A stretch of 64,000 nt of DNA. It comes from an uncultured Gammaproteobacteria bacterium. Its GTDB lineage: Bacteria > Pseudomonadota > Gammaproteobacteria > Ga0077554 > Ga007554. Positions 31,953 through 41,921 of the stretch are shown here, in pieces; position 1 is the stretch's first letter, and each line of letters opens with the position of its first letter. The position numbers and the translations under genes are program-made. The notes beneath the pieces are model-generated. The model was not told where the DNA came from. It was given only the letters and a program-made list of their open reading frames with translations, and did not search any database. The stretch lies in contig CAMTYI010000004.1 of NCBI GenBank assembly GCA_947085925.1, forward strand, positions 2,891 to 66,890, in the 5' to 3' direction.

Positions 31953-32514
31953 ATCTATTCTACTGGCCGCATCGCTAGGGTTGTTCCCGGTCGCCGTCAT
32001 GGCCATGACCGGTGACCGGGAACAACCCATTCATATCGAGGCCGACAGTGTCGACATCGATGATAAAAAAGGCATCAGCGTCTACCGGGGAAATGTGCGT
32101 ATGACACAGGGCAGCATCGTGTTGACCGCCGACACGGTGACAACCTATGCCTCCTTCGTCACTGAGACCAAGCCCAAACCCGGCGCGGAGGGCAAAAAAA
32201 AGGAGCGGCAACTGGACAAGATCATCGCCGAAGGCAAGCTGGCGAATTATCGCCAGCTTCTGGACAGCAAAGATGCCACGACCGGCAAAAATGAAGAGTT
32301 GCGCGCCCGCGCCGAACGTATCGACTATTTCTCCAGCGAGGAACGTATCGTACTGCAAAGAAGCGCCTATCTCTGGAAAGAAGGCAGTGAATTTACCGGC
32401 AACGTCATTGAATACAGCGGCCGGGAAGAGACGGTCAAAGCCAGCAAGGCGCAAACCGGCCCGGAACGTGTGCAGGCCGTGATCCAGCCACGGCGCAAGG
32501 AAGTGGCCCCGTGA
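31933..32514 (+). CDS. lptA: LPS transport periplasmic protein LptA
   Basis: Signal peptide and the conserved PIHIEADS...VYRGNV..TQG OstA-like N-terminal motif. ATG at 31933 preferred over the GTG at 31924. Confidence 0.8.
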   Translation: MYHKHLKSILLAASLGLFPVAVMAMTGDREQPIHIEADSVDIDDKKGISVYRGNVRMTQGSIVLTADTVTTYASFVTETKPKPGAEGKKKERQLDKIIAEGKLANYRQLLDSKDATTGKNEELRARAERIDYFSSEERIVLQRSAYLWKEGSEFTGNVIEYSGREETVKASKAQTGPERVQAVIQPRRKEVAP

Positions 32515-33236
32515 GCGTTTTAAGCGCACACGACATCGCCAAGCGCTACCGTGCGCGCAATGTCGTCAACGGCGTATCCCTGGAAGTAAACAGCGGCGAG
32601 GTAGTGGGTTTGCTGGGCCCCAACGGGGCGGGCAAAACCACCTGCTTTTACATGATCGTCGGCCTGATTTCCTGCGAACAGGGCGCCATCATGCTCGATG
32701 GGCAGGACATCACCGCCTATCCCATGCACGCGCGGGCACGGCTGGGGATAGGATACTTGCCGCAGGAGGCGTCGGTATTCCGCAAACTTACCGTCGCCGA
32801 CAACATCCGCGCCATTCTGCAAACCGTGCCGGGGCTGGGCCGCGAACAGCAGGAGCAGGAATTAGAGCAATTGCTGCAAGAGCTGCACATCGGTCACATC
32901 CGCGCCAGCCTGGGGATGAGCCTGTCGGGCGGCGAACGGCGGCGCGTCGAGATCGCCCGCGCTCTGGCCACCCGGCCGCGCTTTATTCTTCTGGATGAGC
33001 CGTTTGCCGGTGTCGACCCCCGTTCCGTGGTCGATATTCAGACTATAATAAATCACCTCTGCGCCAAGGGCATCGGCGTATTGATTACCGATCATAACGT
33101 GCGGGAAACCTTGGGAATTTGCGGCCGCGCCTATATAGTAAGTGAAGGCAAGGTGATCGCGGCCGGGGCGCCCGCCGAGATCTTGAGCAATCAGCAGGTT
33201 AGGGATGTATACCTGGGGCAGCAGTTCCAACTTTGA
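32511..33236 (+). CDS. lptB: LPS export ABC ATPase LptB
   Basis: Walker [25 protein letters not shown], and LptB-specific C-terminal extension. GTG start. Confidence 0.9.
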   Translation: MSVLSAHDIAKRYRARNVVNGVSLEVNSGEVVGLLGPNGAGKTTCFYMIVGLISCEQGAIMLDGQDITAYPMHARARLGIGYLPQEASVFRKLTVADNIRAILQTVPGLGREQQEQELEQLLQELHIGHIRASLGMSLSGGERRRVEIARALATRPRFILLDEPFAGVDPRSVVDIQTIINHLCAKGIGVLITDHNVRETLGICGRAYIVSEGKVIAAGAPAEILSNQQVRDVYLGQQFQL

Positions 33237-33247
33237 TGATTTGGGGC

Positions 33248-33393
33248 TAGCAGCCTGTCGGACTTAGGGGAGCGAGGACAGTTTTCCGCTATTTTGAGGA
33301 GAATAGCTGGCACTATTTAACGAAAAATAGCGGAAAAATGGACCGCTCTCCCGCTTTTGCAGCAGATTCGACCTAAGTCCGACAGGCTGCTAG
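33248..33393. repeat. 146-bp nested palindromic element between lptB and rpoN
   Basis: Perfect 22-bp outer inverted repeat CTAGCAGCCTGTCGGACTTAGG (33248-33269) / CCTAAGTCCGACAGGCTGCTAG (33372-33393). Inner perfect 14-bp inverted repeat TTTTCCGCTATTTT (33282-33295) / AAAATAGCGGAAAA (33324-33337). Confidence 0.6.
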
Positions 33394-33460
33394 ACTAGCC
33401 GTCCTTCGCCACATAAGCGTATATTGTTGTTTTATGCATGATTGAGTCAGCCGTTTTACC

Positions 33461-35014
33461 ATGAAACAATCACTCCAGCTTCGCTTGGGTCAACATCTGA
33501 CCATGACGCCACAACTGCAACAGGCAATCCGCCTGTTGCAGTTGTCCACGCTTGAGTTGCAGACGGAAGTACAACAGGCTCTTGAAGCAAACCCCTTGCT
33601 TGAGCTTGCCGAAGAGGGCGAGTTCGAAAGCGCCCTGGCCGGTGGCGGGCTTGAAGCATCCAGCGAGGGCGATACCGGCGGGTCTGATGAATTTCTGCCG
33701 CCCACACCCATGGATATAAGGGTAGATACCGGTAGTGACATGGGCATGGATGACCAGCCTGTGGGGAGCGGGGCCACCTCCGAATCCACCCTCGACTTGC
33801 AATCGTCCGACATGCCCGACGACCTGCCCGTCGACAGCTCCTGGGATGATGTCTATGACAACATCGCGCCACAGACGCAAGGCAGCGATCAGGATGGGCG
33901 CGATTATGAGGTTCAGGGCGAATCTGTCGAGGGCCTGCATGAGCACCTGATGTGGCAAATGCAGCTCACCCCGTTCAGTGACACCGACCGCGCCATCGCC
34001 ACATCGCTTATCGACTCGATTAGCGATGACGGTTATCTCACCAGCCCGCTGGAAGAGATCCGCGCTGGACTGCACACTGATCTGGATGTCGAACTGGATG
34101 AGGTGGAAGCCGTCCTGCGCCGCCTCCAGCATTTCGACCCTCCCGGCGTAGCGGCGCGCGATCTGCGCGAATGCCTGCTGCTCCAGCTCCAGCAATATGA
34201 TCCGGCAACCCCTTGGCGCGCGCAGGCGCTGCAACTGGTGCGGGAGCATCTGGATCTGCTGGCGGGCCGCGATTACGCACAGTTGATGCGCCGCATGAAG
34301 TTGACCCAGCAGGAGCTAAGCCAGGTGAATACGCTGATTCAGACCGTGAACCCGCGCCCCGGAAGCATTTTTTCGAGCAAGACGTCTGAATATGTCATTC
34401 CCGACGTGGTCGTCACGAAAAAGCGCGGCGCGTGGCGCGTCGAACTCAACCCTGAGGCCATGCCACGGGTACGCGTCAACGCCCGCTACGCCAATATGAT
34501 CCGGCGCGCCGACAACAGCACGGACAACACCTATCTGAAAAACCACTTGCAAGAGGCGCGCTGGTTCATCAAAAGCCTGCAAAGCCGCAGCGAAACCCTG
34601 CTCAAGGTGGCGTCGTGCATTGTCGAGCGGCAGCGCGCCTTTCTCGATTACGGCCCGGAGGCGATGAAGCCGCTGGTATTGCATGATGTCGCCGAAGTGG
34701 TAGGGATGCATGAATCCACTATATCGCGCGTCACCACTCAAAAATTCATGCATACCCCGCAAGGCATTTTCGAGCTAAAATACTTTTTTTCCAGCCACGT
34801 TTCCACCGCCACCGGCGGCGTGTGCTCCGCCACTGCAATACGCGCGCTGATCAAGAAACTGGTAGCGGCGGAAAGTCCACAGAAGCCACTCAGCGACAAC
34901 CAGCTTGCGGAGATCCTTTCCGAGCAGGGAATCAACGTAGCGCGCCGCACAGTAGCGAAATACCGCGAGGCAATGAACATCTCGCCTTCGAGCGAGCGCA
35001 AGCGGATGGCCTGA
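33461..35014 (+). CDS. rpoN: RNA polymerase sigma-54 factor
   Basis: N-terminal activator-interacting region ([15 protein letters not shown]), RpoN box [13 protein letters not shown]. Confidence 0.95.
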   Translation: MKQSLQLRLGQHLTMTPQLQQAIRLLQLSTLELQTEVQQALEANPLLELAEEGEFESALAGGGLEASSEGDTGGSDEFLPPTPMDIRVDTGSDMGMDDQPVGSGATSESTLDLQSSDMPDDLPVDSSWDDVYDNIAPQTQGSDQDGRDYEVQGESVEGLHEHLMWQMQLTPFSDTDRAIATSLIDSISDDGYLTSPLEEIRAGLHTDLDVELDEVEAVLRRLQHFDPPGVAARDLRECLLLQLQQYDPATPWRAQALQLVREHLDLLAGRDYAQLMRRMKLTQQELSQVNTLIQTVNPRPGSIFSSKTSEYVIPDVVVTKKRGAWRVELNPEAMPRVRVNARYANMIRRADNSTDNTYLKNHLQEARWFIKSLQSRSETLLKVASCIVERQRAFLDYGPEAMKPLVLHDVAEVVGMHESTISRVTTQKFMHTPQGIFELKYFFSSHVSTATGGVCSATAIRALIKKLVAAESPQKPLSDNQLAEILSEQGINVARRTVAKYREAMNISPSSERKRMA

Positions 35015-35083
35015 ATACAAACTCGTGGGTGCGGGTTCTAATTCCGCCCCCACGATTATAATAGGGGAGATGTTCCAAAAAAT

Positions 35084-35566
35084 ATGCAAATAGCGGATAT
35101 CATTACACTTGAGCGCGTTGCTTGCCATGTCAAAGCAAGCAGCAAGAAGCGCGTATTTGAATTATTGGGCGAGTTACTGGCGAGCGGCCCATCGGGACTG
35201 ACGCAGGCAGAGATAGTCGATAGCCTGCTCGCGCGTGAACGGCTGGGCTGTACCGGGCTGGGTCATGGGGTGGCGATTCCCCATGGCCGCCTCAAGAAGA
35301 TCGACAAGGCACTGGGTGCCTTTATACAACTGGAAAAAGGCATAGACTTCGACGCCAGTGACAACCAGCCTGTGGACTTGCTGTTTGTGTTGCTGGTGCC
35401 GGAAAAATCAACGGATGAGCATCTGCAGTTACTCGCCCAACTGGCGGAGATGTTCAGCGACGAGGCGCTACGCGAAAAACTGCATTGCGCCCAGACGCGT
35501 GATGAACTGCGCGATTTGGTCACCCACAGGCCACCGTCCGCAGCACCCCTCACGATGCATGCCTGA
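35084..35566 (+). CDS. ptsN: PTS IIA-Ntr nitrogen regulatory protein
   Basis: Active-site region GHGVAIPHGR. Position after rpoN. Confidence 0.85.
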   Translation: MQIADIITLERVACHVKASSKKRVFELLGELLASGPSGLTQAEIVDSLLARERLGCTGLGHGVAIPHGRLKKIDKALGAFIQLEKGIDFDASDNQPVDLLFVLLVPEKSTDEHLQLLAQLAEMFSDEALREKLHCAQTRDELRDLVTHRPPSAAPLTMHA

Positions 35567-35571
35567 TTTTT

Positions 35572-36558
35572 ATGCCCACCCCCCTCACCGTCACAACCCT
35601 GTTTGAAATCCACCGCGAAAAACTCGCGCTGGAATGGCTGGCGGGTCATGCGGGGGAAGGCCGGGCCGTAGAGCTGGAAAAGCGGCGGTACGCCGCCGGT
35701 CTGGCCCCGGACTCTTCCTGGGGCGCTTCATCCGGCCCTGCCGTGGTAGGACATCTTAATCTTATTCACCCCAACCGCATCCAGGTGCTGGGGCGCTCGG
35801 AGTGCGACTACTTGCGGGCGCTGGGAAAAAATTCGCACGATGACGCCATCAAACACCTGTTCGATTATACCCCTGCTGCGGTCATTATCGCCGACGGACA
35901 ACAGGCCGAACCAGAGCTGAAGCAATATGCCGAGCGCACCGCCACGCCGCTGCTTGCATCACGCCAGTCGAGCGACAAAATAGTCGATCACCTGCATTAC
36001 TATCTGGTCAACTTCCTGGCCGATAAAACCACGCTGCATGGCGTCTTTATGGATGTGTTGGGGATCGGCGTACTGCTTACCGGCGATAGCGGTGTGGGTA
36101 AAAGCGAGCTGGCGCTGGAGCTGGTGAGCCGTGGTCACTGCCTGGTCGCCGATGATGCGCCTGAATTCTCCCATATCGCGCCCGACACGCTGGACGGCAC
36201 ATGCCCCGAATTGCTGCGCGATTTCCTTGAGGTGCGCGGGTTGGGAGTGCTCGATATCCGCGCCATGTTCGGTGACAGCGCGATAAAACAAAATGAACGC
36301 TTGCGGCTAATCGTTCACTTGAGGCGCATGACGGACGAAGAGGTATACAAAATGGATCGCTTGCGCGGTGAGCACAGCGTCCGCACCGTGCTGGAGGTCG
36401 AGATCCCGCAAATATTGTTGCCGGTGGCGCCGGGGCGCAATCTTGCCGTACTGGTGGAGGGTGCGGTGCGCAACCACATCCTGTCTCTCGGTGGATATCA
36501 TGCCGGCAAGGCCTTTATGGAGCAGCAGCGGCACATCATGGCACAGCAATCGGCATGA
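35572..36558 (+). CDS. hprK: HPr kinase/phosphorylase
   Basis: P-loop GDSGVGKSE and the HprK C-terminal signature. Confidence 0.9.
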   Translation: MPTPLTVTTLFEIHREKLALEWLAGHAGEGRAVELEKRRYAAGLAPDSSWGASSGPAVVGHLNLIHPNRIQVLGRSECDYLRALGKNSHDDAIKHLFDYTPAAVIIADGQQAEPELKQYAERTATPLLASRQSSDKIVDHLHYYLVNFLADKTTLHGVFMDVLGIGVLLTGDSGVGKSELALELVSRGHCLVADDAPEFSHIAPDTLDGTCPELLRDFLEVRGLGVLDIRAMFGDSAIKQNERLRLIVHLRRMTDEEVYKMDRLRGEHSVRTVLEVEIPQILLPVAPGRNLAVLVEGAVRNHILSLGGYHAGKAFMEQQRHIMAQQSA

Positions 36559-37406
36559 AGCTACTGATCGTCAGCGGGCTGTCCGGTTCCGGCAAGAGTA
36601 TTGCGCTGCATGCGCTGGAAGACCTGGACTACTACTGTATCGACAATCTTCCGGTGGGGTTGTTGCCGGCCTTTGCGGCACAAATGAAGGGCGCGGCCGG
36701 ACGTCTTCCCAAAGACGCCGCCGTCGGCATCGATGCGCGCAACCTTTCTGCGGATTTTTTGCACTTTCCGGAAATATTGAAAGACATTGAGGCGCAGGGG
36801 TTGGCATGCGAGATATTTTTTCTCGATGCAGATGATGCCACCCTGCTCAAACGCTTCAGCGAAACACGCCGCAAGCACCCATTGACCAGCGGTGACGTAT
36901 CGCTCGCCGAAGCGATCCGTGCCGAACGCCGCCTGCTTGAGCCCATCGCGGGCCGTGCCGATTGGCACATCGACACCGGCCGCACCAATGTCCATCAGTT
37001 ACGCGGCATGATTCAGGCGCGCGTCGCGAATCGCACCGCCTTGTCACTGCTGTTTGTGTCGTTCGGCTATAAACACGGGCTGCCAGTTGACGCCGATTTT
37101 GTATTCGATGTGCGCTGCCTGCCTAATCCCCATTGGGAGACGCACCTGCGCTCATTGACGGGGTTGGACGCAGGCGTCGCGTCATTTTTGGAAAACCAGC
37201 CACTGGTGACGCAAATGCTGGGAGATATGAAAGCATTCCTGGAAACCTGGATTCCCCGTTTCGAGGCAGAGAATCGCAGCTATATCACCGTGGCGGTCGG
37301 CTGCACCGGCGGCCAACACCGTTCCGTTTACCTGGTTGAGCGGCTGGCGGAATATTTTCTTCTCGCGCGTGGGAATGTACTAACTCGCCACAGGGAGCTG
37401 ACATAA
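36555..37406 (+). CDS. rapZ: RNase adapter protein RapZ (YhbJ)
   Basis: N-terminal P-loop GLSGSGKS, and the full-length RapZ pattern. Confidence 0.9.
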   Translation: MKLLIVSGLSGSGKSIALHALEDLDYYCIDNLPVGLLPAFAAQMKGAAGRLPKDAAVGIDARNLSADFLHFPEILKDIEAQGLACEIFFLDADDATLLKRFSETRRKHPLTSGDVSLAEAIRAERRLLEPIAGRADWHIDTGRTNVHQLRGMIQARVANRTALSLLFVSFGYKHGLPVDADFVFDVRCLPNPHWETHLRSLTGLDAGVASFLENQPLVTQMLGDMKAFLETWIPRFEAENRSYITVAVGCTGGQHRSVYLVERLAEYFLLARGNVLTRHRELT

Positions 37407-37804
37407 TGATCGGATTATTGCTCATCACGCATAACCAGATCGGCGACGAATTGTTGAAAACCGCAACAGGAATGCTCGGCATGTGCCCTGTCATGACGGT
37501 AGCCTTGTCAGTGACACCGGACAGTGATCGCGACAATGTTTTAAACGAGGCGCGGCACAATGTTGTGAGACTCAATCAAGGCGCGGGTGTACTGGTTTTG
37601 ACGGATATCTATGGTTCAACCCCAAGCAACATTGCCGCGCAGTTGACGGATGATAATCAGGTTCGGGTGATCGCCGGCGTCAATCTACCGATGCTGGTGC
37701 GTGTGCTCAACTATCCTCGTCTGAGCCTTGATGAGCTGGTCAACAAGGCGTTAAGCGGCGGACGGGATGGTATTCTGCCGAGCAACGCTGGTTCGGATAC
37801 TTAA
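37406..37804 (+). CDS. PTS EIIA component, mannose/fructose family
   Basis: MIGLLLITHN... with His in ITHNQIGDELL. About 130 aa EIIA-Man fold. Confidence 0.7.
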   Translation: MIGLLLITHNQIGDELLKTATGMLGMCPVMTVALSVTPDSDRDNVLNEARHNVVRLNQGAGVLVLTDIYGSTPSNIAAQLTDDNQVRVIAGVNLPMLVRVLNYPRLSLDELVNKALSGGRDGILPSNAGSDT

Positions 37805-37809
37805 AACCT

Positions 37810-38079
37810 ATGCTGCGCAAGGACGTCATGATCATCAACAAACTGGGGCTGCATGCGCGTGCCGCCTCGAAGTTCGTCACCCTGGCGTCGGGGTTCGAGA
37901 GCGATATCCGCCTGGCTCGGGGTAGCCGCGAAGTGAACGGCAAAAGCATCATGGGGGTAATGATGCTGGCCGCAGGGCGCGGCACTTCCCTGGAAATCAT
38001 AGCCGATGGCGCAGACGAGGAAGACGCCATCCGCTTGCTTGATGATTTGATCAAAATGCGCTTTGGGGAAGAGGAATAA
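37810..38079 (+). CDS. ptsH: phosphocarrier protein HPr
   Basis: GLHARAA with the active-site His. About 89 aa. Confidence 0.85.
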   Translation: MLRKDVMIINKLGLHARAASKFVTLASGFESDIRLARGSREVNGKSIMGVMMLAAGRGTSLEIIADGADEEDAIRLLDDLIKMRFGEEE

Positions 38080-38128
38080 CCGTTCGGACAAGCGCCGCCT
38101 CAAATTTTAACTGGGTATTCTTGCGATC

Positions 38129-39892
38129 ATGGGATTGACGCTGACAGGGGTGGGGGTATCCAGAGGGATTGCGATAGGGAATGCCTACCTGTTGCAGCCT
38201 GAATCACCCGAAATCACCGAATACGCCCTACCGAAACATCTCATCGCGGAAGAGGTCGCCCGCTTCAAAGTCGCGCTGGACACCGCCAAACAACAACTCG
38301 GCGCGATACGCAAACAGATTCCTCGCGGCACCCCGGCAGACATTGCCGCCTTTATTGAAACCCATGTATTGATGCTCGAAGACAGCGCATTGGCCGATGC
38401 GCCAGTGAAGCTGATCAAGACCCAGCAGTGCAATGCCGAGTGGGCTCTCAAACAGCAGCGCGACATCCTGGTAAGCGTATTCGAAGCGATGGACGACCCC
38501 TACCTGCGCACGCGCAAGGATGATGTGGATCATGTCGTCAACCGTATTCAACGCATTCTGCTTAACCAACCTGCCCATCCCCTGGAGTTTTCTGACGACC
38601 GGTTAAAGGGCGTCATCATTGTTACCGGGGATATCTCCCCGGCGGATCTGCTCTTGATGCAGCAGCAGGGTGTTGCCGCATTTATCACCGAAGCGGGCGG
38701 TCCTACCTCCCACACCACCATCCTGGCCCGTAGCCTGGGCATCCCCGCGATCATTGGGGTCGCTCATGCACGGCGCCATATACTGCCAGGCTCTCTGCTG
38801 ATCATGGATGGCCAGCAAGGGACGGTGCTGGTGGATTCCGATGCGCAATCGATGCGTTATTTCCGCAGCAAACAGCGGGAAGAAAAACGTCACCGGGCGG
38901 CACTTGCCGGACTCAAAAAAAAGCCCGCAGTAACCCGCGATGGCTGGTCAATTACGTTGCGCGCCAATGTTGAATTGCCCGAGGATATCCAGGCCATCAA
39001 GCGCACGGCGGCGGCAGGCGTGGGCTTGTACCGCACCGAGTTTCTTTTTATGAACCGTCCGGACATCCCCGGCGAAGAAGAGCAACTCCGCGCCTATGTG
39101 CACATTGCGCGAGCCGCGCGAGGGGCGCCGGTCACCATCCGCACCCTTGATCTTGGTGCCGACAAGATGCCAGGGAGCATACAACAGATGGCGCCATCCG
39201 CCACACACTCCGCACTAGGGCTGCGGGCGATACGCCTGTGCCTGAATGAACCGTCCCTGTTCCGTCCACAACTGCGCGCCATCCTGCGCGCCTCGGCGTA
39301 TGGGCGGGTGCGCATGATGATCCCCATGCTATCGAGCCTGCCGGAACTACACCAGGTATTGCACCTTGTACAAGATGTCAAAAACGAACTGAAAGGACAA
39401 GGCCATAAATACAATGAAAACATGCGCGTGGGGGGCATGATCGAGGTGCCCGCCGCTGCTCTCATCGCCGAAAGCCTGGCCCGCCACCTGGACTTTCTAT
39501 CCATCGGCACCAATGATCTGATTCAGTACACTCTTGCCACCGACCGCACCAATGAGGCGGTCAATTATATCTATGACCCGCTCCACCCCGCCGTGCTACG
39601 CTTGATTGAAATGACCCTCCGCGCCGGGCGCAACGTCGGCATCCCGGTGGCGATGTGCGGCGAGATGGCAGGAGATGTGCGCTATACCCGCTTGCTGCTC
39701 GGCATGGGATTGAATGAGTTCAGCATGCATCCTTCCATGCTGCTGGAAATAAAGAGCATCATCCACACCAGCCGCTTGGCGGAATTAACCAAAATGGCAC
39801 GCAAGGTACTGAAATGCAGCGACGCCGAGGAGATTCGCGCGCTGATCGGAAAAATCAACACTCTCGAAACTGTAGAAGCTGCTCACAAGTGA
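38129..39892 (+). CDS. ptsI: phosphoenolpyruvate-protein phosphotransferase (Enzyme I)
   Basis: Full-length EI pattern (GGPTSHTTILARSLGIPA, PEP-utilising C-terminal TIM barrel). Confidence 0.9.
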   Translation: MGLTLTGVGVSRGIAIGNAYLLQPESPEITEYALPKHLIAEEVARFKVALDTAKQQLGAIRKQIPRGTPADIAAFIETHVLMLEDSALADAPVKLIKTQQCNAEWALKQQRDILVSVFEAMDDPYLRTRKDDVDHVVNRIQRILLNQPAHPLEFSDDRLKGVIIVTGDISPADLLLMQQQGVAAFITEAGGPTSHTTILARSLGIPAIIGVAHARRHILPGSLLIMDGQQGTVLVDSDAQSMRYFRSKQREEKRHRAALAGLKKKPAVTRDGWSITLRANVELPEDIQAIKRTAAAGVGLYRTEFLFMNRPDIPGEEEQLRAYVHIARAARGAPVTIRTLDLGADKMPGSIQQMAPSATHSALGLRAIRLCLNEPSLFRPQLRAILRASAYGRVRMMIPMLSSLPELHQVLHLVQDVKNELKGQGHKYNENMRVGGMIEVPAAALIAESLARHLDFLSIGTNDLIQYTLATDRTNEAVNYIYDPLHPAVLRLIEMTLRAGRNVGIPVAMCGEMAGDVRYTRLLLGMGLNEFSMHPSMLLEIKSIIHTSRLAELTKMARKVLKCSDAEEIRALIGKINTLETVEAAHK

Positions 39893-39995
39893 ACCATTCG
39901 GTTTTTTAGAATAAACCACGCGTTATGCGCTTTTTCCTTTCCAATCTCCCCCGCTTTTTCATACACTTGCGGTCACTGAGGATCGAGGGATTGAA

Positions 39996-41369
39996 ATGAC
40001 CGAACCCGCCAAACAGGAAACACGCCAAGGGCGCCTGAAAACCCTCACCACTGCACTGGCTGCCGCACTCGAGAGCGGCGGCGCACTGGTGAACGCCCGC
40101 AAGATGCTCAACAACCTGCACCCATCCGAGATCGCACACCTGCTGGAATCCGTACCCTCCCGCGAACGCGCCCTGGCATGGGAGCTGGTGGACCCGGAGC
40201 TTGAGGGCGATGTGCTATCGCACGTCGGTGACGAGGTGCGTGCATCCCTGTTGCGCCTCATGGATACCCACGAGTTGGTGGCGGCCACTGAAGGCATGGA
40301 GACCGACGACCTGGCGGATATCCTGCAGGACCTGCCGCGTGTGGTAATCCGCACCGTACTGCAATCCATGGACGAACAGGACCGTCAGCGCGTGGAGGCG
40401 GTGCTCTCCTATCCGGAGGACACCGCAGGCGGCCTGATGAACACCGACACCATCACCGTGCGGCCCGATGTGACGCTGGATGTCGTGCTGCGCTACTTGC
40501 GGCGACGCGGCGAGATCCCGGAGACGACAGACAGCCTGATCGTCGTGACCCGCGCCGATCAATATATCGGTCTGCTGTCGCTCGCCGACCTGCTCACGCA
40601 AGATCCCTCCCTGGCGGTCGCCGAAGTCATGATGCGGGATGTCGAAGGCATCCCGGCCACCCTGCCCGCCAATGAGGTGGCGAACCTGTTCGAGCAGCTC
40701 GACCTGATTTCCGCGCCGGTGATCAACGAGGCCGGCCAGTTGCTGGGCCGCATTACCATCGACGACGTAGTGGACGTCATCCGTGACGAGGCCGAGCACT
40801 CCATGATGAGCATGGCCGGTTTGCACGAAGAGGAAGACATCTTCGCCCCGGTGATAATCAGCGCACGACGTCGCGCAGTGTGGCTGGGCATCAACCTGAT
40901 GACCGCCTTCCTCGCCTCCTGGGTGATCGGTTTGTTCGAGGCAACCATCGAAAAGATCGTGGCGCTGGCAGTGTTGATGCCGATCGTCGCCAGCATGGGC
41001 GGCATCGCCGGCAGCCAGACCGTCACGCTCGTGATACGCGGCATGGCGCTGGGACGTGTCGGTGATGCCAACGCCAAGCGCGTGGTGATGAAAGAGCTTG
41101 CTGTAGGCGCATTGAACGGCATCCTGTGGGCAGCGGTAGTCGCCGCCGTCGCCAGCGTTTGGTACAAGGACTACCGGATCGGCGCCATCATCGCCGCAGC
41201 GATGGCCATCAACCTCATCACCGCCGCCCTGGTCGGCGCCACCCTGCCGCTGTTATTGCGCCGCATGGGCGCCGACCCGGCATTGGCGGGTTCCGTAGTA
41301 TTAACCACCGTCACCGACGTTGTTGGATTTATGTCCTTTTTAGGGCTTGCGACGGTGTTTCTGATTTAA
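39996..41369 (+). CDS. mgtE: magnesium transporter MgtE
   Basis: N-terminal domain, tandem CBS domains, and C-terminal TM domain with the MgtE signature. Confidence 0.9.
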   Translation: MTEPAKQETRQGRLKTLTTALAAALESGGALVNARKMLNNLHPSEIAHLLESVPSRERALAWELVDPELEGDVLSHVGDEVRASLLRLMDTHELVAATEGMETDDLADILQDLPRVVIRTVLQSMDEQDRQRVEAVLSYPEDTAGGLMNTDTITVRPDVTLDVVLRYLRRRGEIPETTDSLIVVTRADQYIGLLSLADLLTQDPSLAVAEVMMRDVEGIPATLPANEVANLFEQLDLISAPVINEAGQLLGRITIDDVVDVIRDEAEHSMMSMAGLHEEEDIFAPVIISARRRAVWLGINLMTAFLASWVIGLFEATIEKIVALAVLMPIVASMGGIAGSQTVTLVIRGMALGRVGDANAKRVVMKELAVGALNGILWAAVVAAVASVWYKDYRIGAIIAAAMAINLITAALVGATLPLLLRRMGADPALAGSVVLTTVTDVVGFMSFLGLATVFLI

Positions 41370-41921
41370 TTTAAGGGTTTAAGCGCTGTTAAGAAAAGTT
41401 GTTATTTCATGTTTATAACGTGTGGATAATTTTCCTGGTTCTCAATAAACCAAAGTTATCCACAAATCGTCAACAAGATCATAGGGGGTTCGATATAGAG
41501 TTTTAAACCCTCTTATGATTGACTTAATACTATGTATATAAAAGATTTTTAAAAAACATACAGTAATATTGAGCGCTTTATTATAGTAATAATAAAGTTT
41601 TAAATATTTAGATAATTAAATAGGGTATTGCCGTTTTTGAAGTATTTTTTAAAACGCGGGTATATGTAGATTCAACGCAAAATGGATTACGGATATTATC
41701 CATACAAATAAAATGGTTTTATCAGTCACACCATATTACCCAGCCGTTTTAATTACCTAAAAAATTTTAAAATTATCAAATAAAACAAATAATTAACAAA
41801 ATTTTCTTTTCTTTCAAAAAGTTAAAAAAAACTGCCGCAAGGTTGTGGATAACCTTCCTCAAGAGGTATAGACTTTGGCCCTTGATATCCCATAGCACCA
41901 CCTTTCTGGAGACGTATATCC
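41370..41921. other. putative replication origin (oriC): AT-rich region with DnaA boxes upstream of dnaA
   Basis: About 550 bp that are highly AT-rich. DnaA boxes TGTGGATAA (41421-41429), TTATCCACA (41456-41464), TTATCCATA (~41697-41705), TGTGGATAA (41845-41853). Confidence 0.6.

Noticed and set aside
35015-35083. A missed hpf (ribosome hibernation factor) gene between rpoN and ptsN
   Set aside because: The spacer is 69 bp, too short for hpf (~95-110 aa), so the gene is genuinely absent here.
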